This document shows positions 35,446 to 44,887 of a DNA stretch of 64,000 nt, piece after piece (the first letter of the stretch is position 1; every line of letters begins with the position of its first letter). This DNA comes from an uncultured Faecalibacterium sp. GTDB taxonomy: Bacteria; Bacillota; Clostridia; Oscillospirales; Acutalibacteraceae. The DNA lies in assembly GCA_964448225.1 (NCBI GenBank), contig CAYUVR010000001.1, forward strand, positions 37,721-101,720, written 5' to 3'. Position numbers and translations under genes: made by a program. Under the pieces are notes generated by a model, which was not told the DNA's origin, searched no databases, and was given only the letters and a program-made list of their open reading frames with translations.

Positions 35446-36828
35446 TCAGGCAAGTTCTGATTTAATAATTCTGTAAAGTTCAACGATGATTGTCCAGAAA
35501 CGGGTGCTCTTGAGTCTGAAAAGAATATCATCAATGAAGCTCATAAAATCTGTTACTTTTTCATAAGTCAGAGGCTCTGAGCCGTCATCAATTGCAAATG
35601 CCTGTGTCAGACATACACCGCCTTCACCGTAAAGCTCTGCTCTTACATATGTGAAGTTTTCTGCACCTTCGATTTCATCAAGGTTAAGAGTAGCTGTGCC
35701 GTCTGTGAGGTCTGCTGTTTTGATAACCTTTCCGTCTGCAATCCACTGAATTGTGTCAGCATCTGTTGTGTTAACATTGATTGTGTGACCGTCAACTTCA
35801 ACTTTTGTGAACATCGGGTAGGGGAGATTCATATTGCGAACGTCGATATCTTCGCTCGGGCCGATGATATCGTTTGCACGCAGAATTCTTGTCACTGCGA
35901 AGAATGCGCCTGTCTGCATTGTTTCCTTGATGTGTTCAACATCATTTTCTTCCATCATAAATACGCTGAAAGAGGTGTCGATGTTTTCAAGGTCATGAGC
36001 ATCGTTGTTGCTGAAGCCGATGACATTTTTGCCATAGGGGAGAGTTTCCATCAGAAGGTTGTCCCAAAGGATACGGTCATAGGGAGTTGTGCTGTTTCTG
36101 TCGTTGAAAACTTCAATACCGAGACAAGTGTCATATCTGAGAAGAAGGTCAGCGAAAAATTCAACATTTTCAGGGTCACTTACTGCTGCAATGTTTTTGT
36201 TGCTTTCAAGCCAGTCGCCGGGGTGGTTGATGTGTGAAAGACCGCCGTTTTCTTCGATGAATGCAATAGCCTGTTCATATCCGTTTTCTGAACCGCCGAA
36301 TCCGTTACCAACGCCTTCGGGAAGGAAGAAGCCGTTAACGTGGCTCTTTGTGAGGGTGAGGTTGTTGAGTTCATTTGCGCCTGTTACGCAAACCATTTTT
36401 TCACCTCTTACAGTACCGTCATAAAGAGGATATGTACCGGTTGTGATGCCTTCGTATTCTTCGTCTGTGAGGTGTGCAACGGTTTTGCCAGTAAGCTTCT
36501 GATAAGCATAAAGGGCGAGAGTAGGCTGTTCTCTGTTCCATTCAACACCTGTGATACCGTGGTCAGAGTTTGCAAGGAAGGTATAGCCCTGATTGTAATA
36601 CTCTTTGATCATTGTTGCAAGGTCAACATCAGCATCGCTGTAGGTTGAATGTGAATGAAGGTCGCCCTTGTATGCGCCCCAGGCATTTTCGCCTTCCCAC
36701 ACAACATCGTCATAGCAGGAAAGGATTGTGTAGTCCTTTTCGTCAGCTGCAAAAGCAAAAGCAGAGCAACAGAACAGGAGTACACCGCAAAGAAGCACGC
36801 TGAGAATTCTTTTGGTTGTTTTCTTCAT
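35446..36828 (-). CDS. Secreted PHP-domain metal-dependent phosphoesterase (CehA/McbA-like)
   Basis: Signal peptide ...LLFCCSAFAFA, then GDLHSHSTYSD and NSDHG motifs typical of the PHP fold. 460 aa. Confidence 0.7.
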   Translation of the reverse strand: MKKTTKRILSVLLCGVLLFCCSAFAFAADEKDYTILSCYDDVVWEGENAWGAYKGDLHSHSTYSDADVDLATMIKEYYNQGYTFLANSDHGITGVEWNREQPTLALYAYQKLTGKTVAHLTDEEYEGITTGTYPLYDGTVRGEKMVCVTGANELNNLTLTKSHVNGFFLPEGVGNGFGGSENGYEQAIAFIEENGGLSHINHPGDWLESNKNIAAVSDPENVEFFADLLLRYDTCLGIEVFNDRNSTTPYDRILWDNLLMETLPYGKNVIGFSNNDAHDLENIDTSFSVFMMEENDVEHIKETMQTGAFFAVTRILRANDIIGPSEDIDVRNMNLPYPMFTKVEVDGHTINVNTTDADTIQWIADGKVIKTADLTDGTATLNLDEIEGAENFTYVRAELYGEGGVCLTQAFAIDDGSEPLTYEKVTDFMSFIDDILFRLKSTRFWTIIVELYRIIKSELA

Positions 36829-36868
36829 TTTTTTGTACCACCTTTTTTATAATTTGTATACATTATAT

Positions 36869-36897
36869 ATATTAACTTCAAATTTATTCGGTGTCAA
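36869..36897 (-). promoter_or_regulatory. Promoter of the PHP gene
   Basis: On the minus strand: TTGACA (36897-36892), 17-nt spacer, TAATAT (36874-36869). Confidence 0.5.
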
Positions 36898-36989
36898 TAT
36901 GTTTAATGATAAAAAATACCTTAGACTGTTAAAAATATGCATCATAATTCTCTTGACAAAATGATTTGGTATATAGTAAAATAACCTTG

Positions 36990-37231
36990 TTATAAATATA
37001 ATAAAAGACCGTGACGAAAGAAACCCCTTTGCCGTCTTTTCAGAGAGAGTGAGTCTCAGGCTGTAAGCTCACTTAAGCACGAATAAGAGTGGTCGCTGCT
37101 TTCAAAGTCGCTCCCGAAAGGGCAGCCGTATGACTTGCGTTAAAAGTTATTAAGAGTGGTGCTTTATGCACAATTCGGGTGGTACCGTGGATTATTTCAC
37201 CCCGAAATGTGTGTGGCACTTTATTTTTTTT
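36990..37231 (+). promoter_or_regulatory. T-box riboswitch leader (Ala)
   Basis: Stem I AGAGAGAG region. Ala codons GCA/GCC at 37122-37127 in the specifier region. T-box sequence AATTCGGGTGGTACCGTGG (37172-37190). Long terminator helix 37159-37219 followed by TTTATTTTTTTT. Confidence 0.85.
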
Positions 37232-37300
37232 GCAAATAAACTTTGGGTGCGACGCCTGGGCGTTTTGTTACCCATAAATGAAGAAAGGAAACGTAAATCT

Positions 37301-39937
37301 ATGAAGTGGATGGGACTTAACGAGATCAGAGAAAAGTATCTTGCATTTTTTGAATCAAAGGAGCATATGAGACTTCCAAGCTTCTCACTTGTTCCTCAGG
37401 GAGACAAAAGTATTCTGCTTATCAATGCAGGTATGACTCCTATGAAAAAGTATTTCACAGGTGAAGTGACTCCTCCAAGCAAGAGAGTTACAACCTGCCA
37501 GAAGTGTATCCGTACACCGGATATTGAAAACGTAGGCAAAACAGCACGTCACGGCACATATTTTGAAATGCTCGGCAATTTTTCTTTCGGCGATTATTTC
37601 AAAAGAGAGGCAACTGCCTGGGCTTGGGAGTTTTTCACAAAGGTGCTCGAAATTCCCGAAGAACTCCTTTATGTCAGCGTTTATCTTGATGACGATGAAG
37701 CTTTTGATATCTGGACAAAGGAAGTGGGAGTTGACCCCTCACATATGGTTCGCTTCGGCAAAGAAGATAACTTTTGGGAACACGGTGCAGGTCCTTGCGG
37801 CCCTTGCTCCGAAATCTATTTTGACAGAGGCCCGTCAAAGGGCTGCGGAAGCCCTGACTGTAAGGTAGGCTGTGAATGTGACAGATTTATCGAAGTGTGG
37901 AATCTTGTTTTCACCCAGTTTGAAAATGACGGTAACAACAACTATACCCGCCTTGCTCACCCGAACATCGACACAGGTATGGGACTTGAAAGACTTGCTT
38001 GTGTTATGCAGGATGTGGATAATCTTTTCGAGGTTGACACCGTGCAGAACATTATGAAGCATATCATTAAGATTGCAGGCATCAACTATCACGATGACGT
38101 GAACAAGGATATCTCTCTTCGTGTTATTACTGATCATATCAGAAGCACAACCTTTATGGTCGGCGACGGTGTTATTCCCTCAAACAGCGGCAGAGGCTAT
38201 GTCCTGAGAAGACTTCTCCGTCGTGCAGCAAGACATGGCAGACTTATCGGCATCGACAGACCTTTCCTCAGCGAGGTTTGTGACACCGTTATTGCAGAAA
38301 ATGCAAATGCATATCCCAACCTTGTTGAAAAGCAGGATTATATCAAAAAAGTTATCTCAATGGAAGAGGACAGCTTCTATAAGACAATTGACTCGGGTCT
38401 CGGTCTTCTGAATGAAATGATGGCAAAAAGTGAAAACGGTGTCCTTTCCGGTGAAGATGCTTTCAAGCTTCAGGATACCTACGGCTTCCCCATTGACCTT
38501 ACAAAGGAAATTGCAGCAGAAAAGAATATGACCGTTGACGAAGCGAAGTTCAGAGAGCTTGTTGAAGAAGCAAGACTCAAGGCAAAAAATGCAAAAAGAG
38601 ATGCAGCAGATTCCGACTGGAGAAATTCCGGTGTTTCACTCAAGGATGTTTCTGCAACTGAGTTTACAGGCTACACCGAAAACAATACCGGAGCTGAAGT
38701 TCTCGCTCTCATTTCCGCCGGCGAAAGAAAAGATTTTATCGAAAGCGGCGACGATGCTGTTCTGGTTCTTGATAAGACTTCCTTCTACGCAGAAAGCGGC
38801 GGTCAGGCAGGAGACTGCGGTGCTATCAGAATCGGCGAAAGTGTATTTGAAGTTTCAAAAACCACAAAGGATGCAGACGGGGTTGTTCTTCACCACGGCA
38901 CACTCACAGGTGACGGCATAAAGGTAGGCGACAGAGCAGTTACCGTTTATGACGAAAATAATAGAAAAGCAACAATGAGAAATCACACCTCAGCTCACCT
39001 GCTTCAGGCAACTCTGCGTGAAGTTCTCGGCTCACACGTTGAGCAGGCAGGTCAGCTTGTAGACGGTGACCTTTGCCGCTTTGACTTTGTTCACTTTTCG
39101 GCTGTAACAAAGGAAGAACTCAAAAAGGTTGAAGACAGAGTCAACGATATCATTCTTGAGGGTGTTGACCTTCTTATTAAGGAAATGCCTATCGAAGAAG
39201 CAAAGGCAATGGGTGCAATGGCTCTCTTCTCAGAAAAATACGGCGATGTTGTTCGTGTTGTTAAGGTTGGTGACTTCTCAACAGAGCTTTGCGGCGGTAC
39301 ACACGTTGCAAACACAGGCAAAATCGGTCTGTTCAAGATTCTTTCCGAATCCTCTGTTGCAGCAGGTGTCAGAAGAATTGAAGCAGTGACAGGCAAGAAT
39401 GTTATGAAATATATCGATTCAAAGCTTGAACTTATAAATGACACAGCAGCCGCAATGAAGGTTGCAAACGCAAACGATATCGCTCTCAAGGCTCAGTCCG
39501 TTATGACTGACCTCAAGGCTAAGGACAAGGAAATCGAAAAGCTTTCAGGTGTTCTTGCAAACATCAAAACAGAATCAATGCTTTCAAATGCAGTCAAAGT
39601 GGGCGACATAATGCTCGTTACCGCAATGCTTGACGACACAACAGTCGATGAGCTTCGTCAGATGTGCGACCTTGTCAAGAGCAAGGGCGATAATTACGTT
39701 GGTGTTATCGGCGGTATTCAGAAGGCAAAGGGCACAGGAAACATCTGCACTTGTTGCGGTAAAGAGGCTGTGTCACTCGGTGCTCATGCAGGCAACCTTG
39801 CAAGAGAAGTGGCAAAAATGGCAGGCGGCTCAGGTGGCGGCAAGCCCGACAGCGCCATGGCAGGCGCAAAGGATGTCTCAGCTCTTCCCGAAGCTATCAA
39901 GAAGGCTGAAGAAATCCTCAAAGGTATGCTGAAATAA
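37301..39937 (+). CDS. alaS: Alanine--tRNA ligase
   Basis: 878 aa from ATG 37301 (MKWMGLNEIREKYLAFFESKEH). Contains the HxxxH...CGGTH editing-domain zinc motif. The ORF-track extension from 37166 crosses the T-box. Confidence 0.95.
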   Translation: MKWMGLNEIREKYLAFFESKEHMRLPSFSLVPQGDKSILLINAGMTPMKKYFTGEVTPPSKRVTTCQKCIRTPDIENVGKTARHGTYFEMLGNFSFGDYFKREATAWAWEFFTKVLEIPEELLYVSVYLDDDEAFDIWTKEVGVDPSHMVRFGKEDNFWEHGAGPCGPCSEIYFDRGPSKGCGSPDCKVGCECDRFIEVWNLVFTQFENDGNNNYTRLAHPNIDTGMGLERLACVMQDVDNLFEVDTVQNIMKHIIKIAGINYHDDVNKDISLRVITDHIRSTTFMVGDGVIPSNSGRGYVLRRLLRRAARHGRLIGIDRPFLSEVCDTVIAENANAYPNLVEKQDYIKKVISMEEDSFYKTIDSGLGLLNEMMAKSENGVLSGEDAFKLQDTYGFPIDLTKEIAAEKNMTVDEAKFRELVEEARLKAKNAKRDAADSDWRNSGVSLKDVSATEFTGYTENNTGAEVLALISAGERKDFIESGDDAVLVLDKTSFYAESGGQAGDCGAIRIGESVFEVSKTTKDADGVVLHHGTLTGDGIKVGDRAVTVYDENNRKATMRNHTSAHLLQATLREVLGSHVEQAGQLVDGDLCRFDFVHFSAVTKEELKKVEDRVNDIILEGVDLLIKEMPIEEAKAMGAMALFSEKYGDVVRVVKVGDFSTELCGGTHVANTGKIGLFKILSESSVAAGVRRIEAVTGKNVMKYIDSKLELINDTAAAMKVANANDIALKAQSVMTDLKAKDKEIEKLSGVLANIKTESMLSNAVKVGDIMLVTAMLDDTTVDELRQMCDLVKSKGDNYVGVIGGIQKAKGTGNICTCCGKEAVSLGAHAGNLAREVAKMAGGSGGGKPDSAMAGAKDVSALPEAIKKAEEILKGMLK

Positions 39938-39964
39938 GATTAAACTTATAAGGAGGAAATAACA

Positions 39965-40303
39965 ATGGATTGCATTTTCTGCAAAATCACAAAGGGAGAA
40001 ATCCCTTCAAAAAAGGCTTATGAAGACGATAAAGTTCTGGCTTTTTATGACCTCGAGCCTCAGGCTCCCGTTCATATTCTCATTATCCCGAAGGAACACA
40101 TTTCGTCCTGCGCAGAAATTACACAGGAAAACAGCGCAGTAATTTCACATATTTTTGAAGTTGCTGCAAAGCTCGGTAAGGAACTCGGACTCGAAAACGG
40201 CTACCGTATCGTGAATAACTGCGGTGCTGACGGCGGACAGACAGTACACCACCTTCACTTCCACTTTATGGGCGGAAGACAGTTCGGCTGGCCTGCCGGC
40301 TGA
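39965..40303 (+). CDS. HIT-family nucleotide hydrolase/transferase
   Basis: 112 aa with the histidine triad HHLHFHFMGG. Confidence 0.9.
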   Translation: MDCIFCKITKGEIPSKKAYEDDKVLAFYDLEPQAPVHILIIPKEHISSCAEITQENSAVISHIFEVAAKLGKELGLENGYRIVNNCGADGGQTVHHLHFHFMGGRQFGWPAG

Positions 40304-40342
40304 AGCGGTGAGCGTCAGAACTCAATTTAATTTATTATGCTT

Positions 40343-40372
40343 AAGGGATACGGTTTGCCGTATCCCTTTTAA
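40343..40372 (+). terminator. Intrinsic terminator after the HIT gene
   Basis: 11-bp stem AAGGGAUACGG/CCGUAUCCCUU with a UUUG loop, then T-rich sequence. Confidence 0.8.
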
Positions 40373-40513
40373 TATGCTTTCAATCCAAAATTTTCCTCAA
40401 AAACTTTTTTTGAGAAAATCGGAGCAAAAATGAGAAAAACAGAGCAAATTTAAGTTTTTCATAAAATGGCTCAAAAATGCGCCGTTTTTTACAACAAAAA
40501 TACAAAAAAACTG

Positions 40514-40542
40514 TTGACATTTGCACGATTTTGTTCTATATT
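40514..40542 (+). promoter_or_regulatory. Promoter of potABCD
   Basis: TTGACA (40514-40519), 17-nt spacer, TATATT (40537-40542). Confidence 0.6.
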
Positions 40543-40548
40543 GTGTCT

Positions 40549-40742
40549 TAACAGAATGTATGAATATTCATTTTGCGTAAAATAAGAATAAATGATATCG
40601 GTCCCGGGAATTGCAGAAGTAAGTACAGTCTGTTTTTCTTGGGATTTCATCAGCATATTGCTGCAATGTGACAATTCAAATCCCCGTAGGGGAATACTTC
40701 GCTGCAGGTGCATCGGCACTTGCCAAGGGAAAGGGGTAAAAT
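40549..40742 (+). promoter_or_regulatory. Long structured 5' leader of potA (function unknown)
   Basis: About 194 nt. Perfect 12-bp palindrome ATGAATATTCAT (40560-40571). Helices 40603-40610/40636-40643, 40651-40663, 40681-40693 and 40704-40723, the last abutting the SD. Confidence 0.4.
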
Positions 40743-41867
40743 ATGGAAGATAACGTAATCATCCAGCTTCAGAACATCTCAAAGAAATTTGAAGATGATG
40801 TTATCCTTGATAACATTAACCTTACAATCAAGGACAAGGAATTTATGACTTTTCTCGGTCCTTCAGGCTGCGGAAAAACCACAACCCTGAGAATTATTGC
40901 AGGCTTTCTTGAATCTGACAGCGGTCAGGTGCTTTTTGAGGGCAAGGATATCAATAACCTTCCTGCTCATAAGCGCCAGGTTAATACTATCTTCCAGCGA
41001 TATGCACTTTTCCCGCACCTTAATGTTTATGACAACATTGCTTTCGGTCTTCGTATCAAAAAAATGAAAGAAAAAGACATCAGCAAAAAGGTTCACGAAA
41101 TGCTTGAGCTTGTTAACCTTAAAGGCTTTCAGAGAAGAAACATCGCTTCTCTTTCCGGCGGTCAGCAGCAGAGTGTTGCCATTGCAAGAGCATTGGCAGT
41201 TGAACCCCGTGTTCTTTTGCTCGATGAGCCTCTTGGCGCACTTGATTTGAAATTACGCAAAGATATGCAGGTTGAACTGAAAAACATTCAGAAAAGAATG
41301 GGTATCACCTTCATTTATGTCACTCATGACCAGCAGGAAGCCCTTTCAATGAGTGATACCATCGTTGTTATGAACGACGGCAGAATTCAGCAGATAGGCA
41401 CACCTATTGATATTTATAACGAGCCGAAAAACGCTTTTGTTGCGGATTTTATCGGCGAAAGTAATATTCTTGACGGTGTTATGCTCGATGACTTCAAGGC
41501 TAAGTTCTCGGGCGCAGTTTTCCAATGTCTGGACAAGGGCTTTTCCGTCAACGAATCAGTTGATATTGTTGTCCGCCCTGAGGACGTTGACGTTGTTCCT
41601 GTTGAAGAAGGTACAATCAGCGGTGTTATCACTTCAAACACCTTCAAGGGTGTGCATTTTGAAATGATTGTTGACATTGACAATTTCAAATGGATGATTC
41701 AAACCACCGATTATTACCCTGTGGGCACAAAAATCGGTATCCAGATTGAGCCTGATGCAATTCACGTTATGAAAAAGAGTGAATATTCAGGTATGTACGG
41801 TGACTATAGCTCCTTCAGTGATGAAATTGAGCATCTTTCCGATATTACGGATGAAGAGGAGGAGTGA
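40743..41867 (+). CDS. potA: Spermidine/putrescine ABC transporter ATPase
   Basis: Walker [10 protein letters not shown], signature LSGGQQQ, Walker B LLLDEP, C-terminal TOBE-like domain plus an acidic tail. Confidence 0.9.
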   Translation: MEDNVIIQLQNISKKFEDDVILDNINLTIKDKEFMTFLGPSGCGKTTTLRIIAGFLESDSGQVLFEGKDINNLPAHKRQVNTIFQRYALFPHLNVYDNIAFGLRIKKMKEKDISKKVHEMLELVNLKGFQRRNIASLSGGQQQSVAIARALAVEPRVLLLDEPLGALDLKLRKDMQVELKNIQKRMGITFIYVTHDQQEALSMSDTIVVMNDGRIQQIGTPIDIYNEPKNAFVADFIGESNILDGVMLDDFKAKFSGAVFQCLDKGFSVNESVDIVVRPEDVDVVPVEEGTISGVITSNTFKGVHFEMIVDIDNFKWMIQTTDYYPVGTKIGIQIEPDAIHVMKKSEYSGMYGDYSSFSDEIEHLSDITDEEEE

Positions 41868-41870
41868 TAA

Positions 41871-42698
41871 ATGAAGAAAAATTCCCTCTTGAAAAAGCTG
41901 ACGGCTTCTCCTTACATTGTCTGGTCAGCTCTTTTCATCATAGTACCGCTTATTTTTGTGGTTTACTATTCCGTAACCGATGCAGACGGTAGCTTTACCT
42001 TGGAATATATTATGGATATCGGCAAATATAAGGACGTTATGCTCAACTCAATCTGGCTGGGCTTTATTGCGACTGTCATCAGTCTTGTGATTTCTTATCC
42101 TTTGGCATATATTATGGCAAAATGCACGGCTAATGTTCAGCGCACAATGATGATTCTTGTTATGCTGCCGATGTGGATGAATCTTCTTATCCGTACTTAT
42201 TCTATGATGATTCTTCTTCAGGATACGGGCATCATCAATACGGCACTTTCTTTCCTGAAGCTTCCTGAGATTCATATGATTAACACCCAGGGAGCAGTTG
42301 TTCTCGGTATGGTATATAATTATATCCCCTATATGATTCTGCCCCTTTATTCAATTATGGCAAAGATGGATCATAGCCTTATTGAAGCGGCAGAGGATCT
42401 TGGCGCAAGCAAACTCACCGTGCTCAAGGATGTTGTTCTGCCTTTGAGTCTTCCGGGCATTGCTTCGGGCTTCACAATGGTTTTCGTGCCGAGTGTATCT
42501 ACCTTTTACATCTCAAAAAAGCTCGGCGGAAACACCTTTTCACTTATCGGCGACGTTATAGAAATGCAGTTCAAGTCTGCAAATAACTATAACCTCGGTG
42601 CCGCATTATCACTTGTTCTCATGGTGCTTATCATCATTTGTATGATGGTCATGAACCGCTTTACAGGTGAGGACGATGACGGAGGTGTGCTGATATGA
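41871..42698 (+). CDS. potB: Spermidine/putrescine ABC transporter permease
   Basis: 275 aa, polytopic, EAA-type loop (IEAAEDLGASKLTVLKDVVLP). Confidence 0.85.
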   Translation: MKKNSLLKKLTASPYIVWSALFIIVPLIFVVYYSVTDADGSFTLEYIMDIGKYKDVMLNSIWLGFIATVISLVISYPLAYIMAKCTANVQRTMMILVMLPMWMNLLIRTYSMMILLQDTGIINTALSFLKLPEIHMINTQGAVVLGMVYNYIPYMILPLYSIMAKMDHSLIEAAEDLGASKLTVLKDVVLPLSLPGIASGFTMVFVPSVSTFYISKKLGGNTFSLIGDVIEMQFKSANNYNLGAALSLVLMVLIIICMMVMNRFTGEDDDGGVLI

Positions 42699-43531
42699 AA
42701 GCAAAAATGTCACCTTTGTCAAAATTTTATGTTGCACTTATAATGATTTTTCTTTACGCTCCCATCGTGGTTATGATTGTTTTCTCATTCAATGAGTCGG
42801 CAAGCACAAGCGTTATTTCAGGCTTTTCACTTCGCTGGTATGAGTCTCTTCTTCACGATGAAGACACAATAAAAGCTCTGAGCAACACACTTATTCTTGC
42901 TGTGACCTCATCATTGACCGCAACGGTTATGGGCACAGCCGCTGCTGTGGGCATCAACGCTTTCAGAAACAAGTTTATCAAAAAGGTCACAATGGGTGTG
43001 ACTAATATACCGATGATGAATCCTGAAATCGTAACAGGTATATCGATGATGCTTCTGTTCGTTTTCTGTGCAAATCTTGTGGGCAAAACCGATGCTCTCG
43101 GCTTTGGCACAATGCTTATTGCTCACGTCACCTTTAACTTGCCTTATGTTATTTTGTCTGTGCTTCCAAAGCTTCGTCAGCTTGACAAATACCTGCCCGA
43201 AGCCGCAATGGATCTTGGTTGCACGCCTGTTCAGGCTTTTTTCAAGGTGGTTCTTCCCTCTGTTTCAACGGGTATCGTTTCAGGCTTTATGATGTCCTTT
43301 ACCCTTTCTCTTGACGATTTCGTCATCAGTTATTTTACTCAGGGCCCATCCTTTGAAACACTCCCGATCAGAATTTTCTCGATGACCAAAAAGAGGGTTA
43401 CTCCCGATATGTACGCTCTTTCAACTCTCATTTTTGTCACAATACTTTTGCTGCTTGTGCTTTTGAATGTTGCACAGATGCGTGGAGAAAAGAAAATGAG
43501 TAACAAGCTTAATAAGGGGGCGAAAAAATGA
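42695..43531 (+). CDS. potC: Spermidine/putrescine ABC transporter permease
   Basis: 278 aa, EAA-type loop (PEAAMDLGCTPVQAFFKVVLP). 4-nt overlaps with potB and potD. Confidence 0.85.
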   Translation: MKAKMSPLSKFYVALIMIFLYAPIVVMIVFSFNESASTSVISGFSLRWYESLLHDEDTIKALSNTLILAVTSSLTATVMGTAAAVGINAFRNKFIKKVTMGVTNIPMMNPEIVTGISMMLLFVFCANLVGKTDALGFGTMLIAHVTFNLPYVILSVLPKLRQLDKYLPEAAMDLGCTPVQAFFKVVLPSVSTGIVSGFMMSFTLSLDDFVISYFTQGPSFETLPIRIFSMTKKRVTPDMYALSTLIFVTILLLLVLLNVAQMRGEKKMSNKLNKGAKK

Positions 43532-44739
43532 GAAAAACTGTTTTCTTTCTTTTTACTCTTGTGAGCTTAATTCTCTTAAGCTTTTCTGTTTGTGCTTATG
43601 AAAATGAGGCGTATTACAAAGGCCTTGAAGGCACAACAATCAATGTTTTCAACTGGGGCGAGTATATCTGCGACACAACGGAGGACGGTCTTATCAATGT
43701 CAATGCAGAATTTGAAAAGCTTACGGGTATCAAGGTCAATTACGTCACCTATGAAAGCAACGAGGATATGTATCCCAAAATCAAAAACGGCGGTGCAAGC
43801 TACGACATTATCATTCCTTCCGATTATATGATTGAAAGAATGATAAGTGAAGATATGCTTTTGAAGGTTGATGTTGCATCCCTTCCGAATTATAAGTATA
43901 TCTCCGAAGAATACAAAAATATGTTCTATGACCCCAACAATGAATATTCTGTTCCCTACAATGTTGGTATGGTGGGACTTATCTATAACACCACTATGGT
44001 TGAAGAGGCTCCCACAAGCTGGACTGCACTCTGGGATGAAAGATATTCGGGTAAAATTCTTATGATTGACAATCCCCGTGATGCTTTTGCAATTCCGCAG
44101 AAGATTCTCAGCTATTCACTCAACTCAACCGATGAAAAAGAGCTTGCCGATGTTGCGCAGATGCTCATTGAGCAAAAGCCTCTTTTGCAGGGCTATGTTA
44201 TGGACGAAATCTTTAACAAGATGGAAAGCGGAGAGGCCGCAATGGTGCCCTATTATGTTGGCGACTTTGTGCTGATGCAACAGGTTAACCCCGACCTTGA
44301 TTTTGTTTATCCCGAAGAGGGTGTCAATATGTTTGTGGATGCTGTTTGTATTCCGGAATGTGCGCAAAACTATGAAGCGGCTCTTATGTATATGAATTTT
44401 CTTATGGATCCTGAGGTTGCCTTGAGTAATGCTCTTTATATCGGTTATGCAACGCCGAATACAGGTGTGCTTGAGCACCCGGATTATGAGGAAATGAGAA
44501 ATAACGAGTATCTTTATCCTTCACAAGAAAATATGCCCGACACAGAGTATTTCCACAATCTTCCGCAGGAAACCCTTACAATGTTCTCAGAGCTTTGGAG
44601 TGACATCAGAATTCACGGCACGGACAACACCCATATTTATATAGGCTTTGGTGTTCTTGCGGCTTTGGCACTGTTTTTCAGCATAAGAAAGTACCTTATT
44701 CAAAAACGCAGAGAGTATTGGTACGATGATAAAAGATAA
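43528..44739 (+). CDS. potD: Spermidine/putrescine-binding protein with an extra C-terminal TM anchor
   Basis: Signal peptide, PotD-like core (INVFNWGEY...YDIIIPSDY), then the C-terminal helix IYIGFGVLAALALFFSI followed by RKYLIQKRR. Confidence 0.8.
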   Translation: MRKTVFFLFTLVSLILLSFSVCAYENEAYYKGLEGTTINVFNWGEYICDTTEDGLINVNAEFEKLTGIKVNYVTYESNEDMYPKIKNGGASYDIIIPSDYMIERMISEDMLLKVDVASLPNYKYISEEYKNMFYDPNNEYSVPYNVGMVGLIYNTTMVEEAPTSWTALWDERYSGKILMIDNPRDAFAIPQKILSYSLNSTDEKELADVAQMLIEQKPLLQGYVMDEIFNKMESGEAAMVPYYVGDFVLMQQVNPDLDFVYPEEGVNMFVDAVCIPECAQNYEAALMYMNFLMDPEVALSNALYIGYATPNTGVLEHPDYEEMRNNEYLYPSQENMPDTEYFHNLPQETLTMFSELWSDIRIHGTDNTHIYIGFGVLAALALFFSIRKYLIQKRREYWYDDKR

Positions 44740-44748
44740 GAAAATAAA

Positions 44749-44783
44749 GGGGCTGTAAAAAACTTTCGTTTTTTTACAGCTTC
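44749..44783. repeat. Palindromic repeat, bidirectional terminator (copy 2, inverted)
   Basis: GGGGCTGTAAAAAACTTTCGTTTTTTTACAGCTTC. Its reverse complement matches 14166-14200 at 32 of 35 positions. Confidence 0.8.
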
Positions 44784-44820
44784 TTTTGCTGTTTTTATCT
44801 AAAAATTTTTTAAAATATAA

Positions 44821-44849
44821 TTGCCAATATCATTCATTTATAGTATAAT
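44821..44849 (+). promoter_or_regulatory. Promoter of the acyltransferase/zinc-ribbon pair
   Basis: TTGCCA (44821-44826), 17-nt spacer, TATAAT (44844-44849). Confidence 0.55.
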
Positions 44850-44887
44850 TATAAGATAATCTTGCTGTTTAATGAGGAATTACTTTT

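Noticed and set aside
40489-40719. 76-codon minus-strand ORF, and a 57-codon plus-strand ORF (from ATG 40592) inside the potA leader.
   Set aside because: Neither has an SD. The sequence is not protein-like, and both overlap the promoter and the RNA helices. They are best explained as chance ORFs in a non-coding leader.
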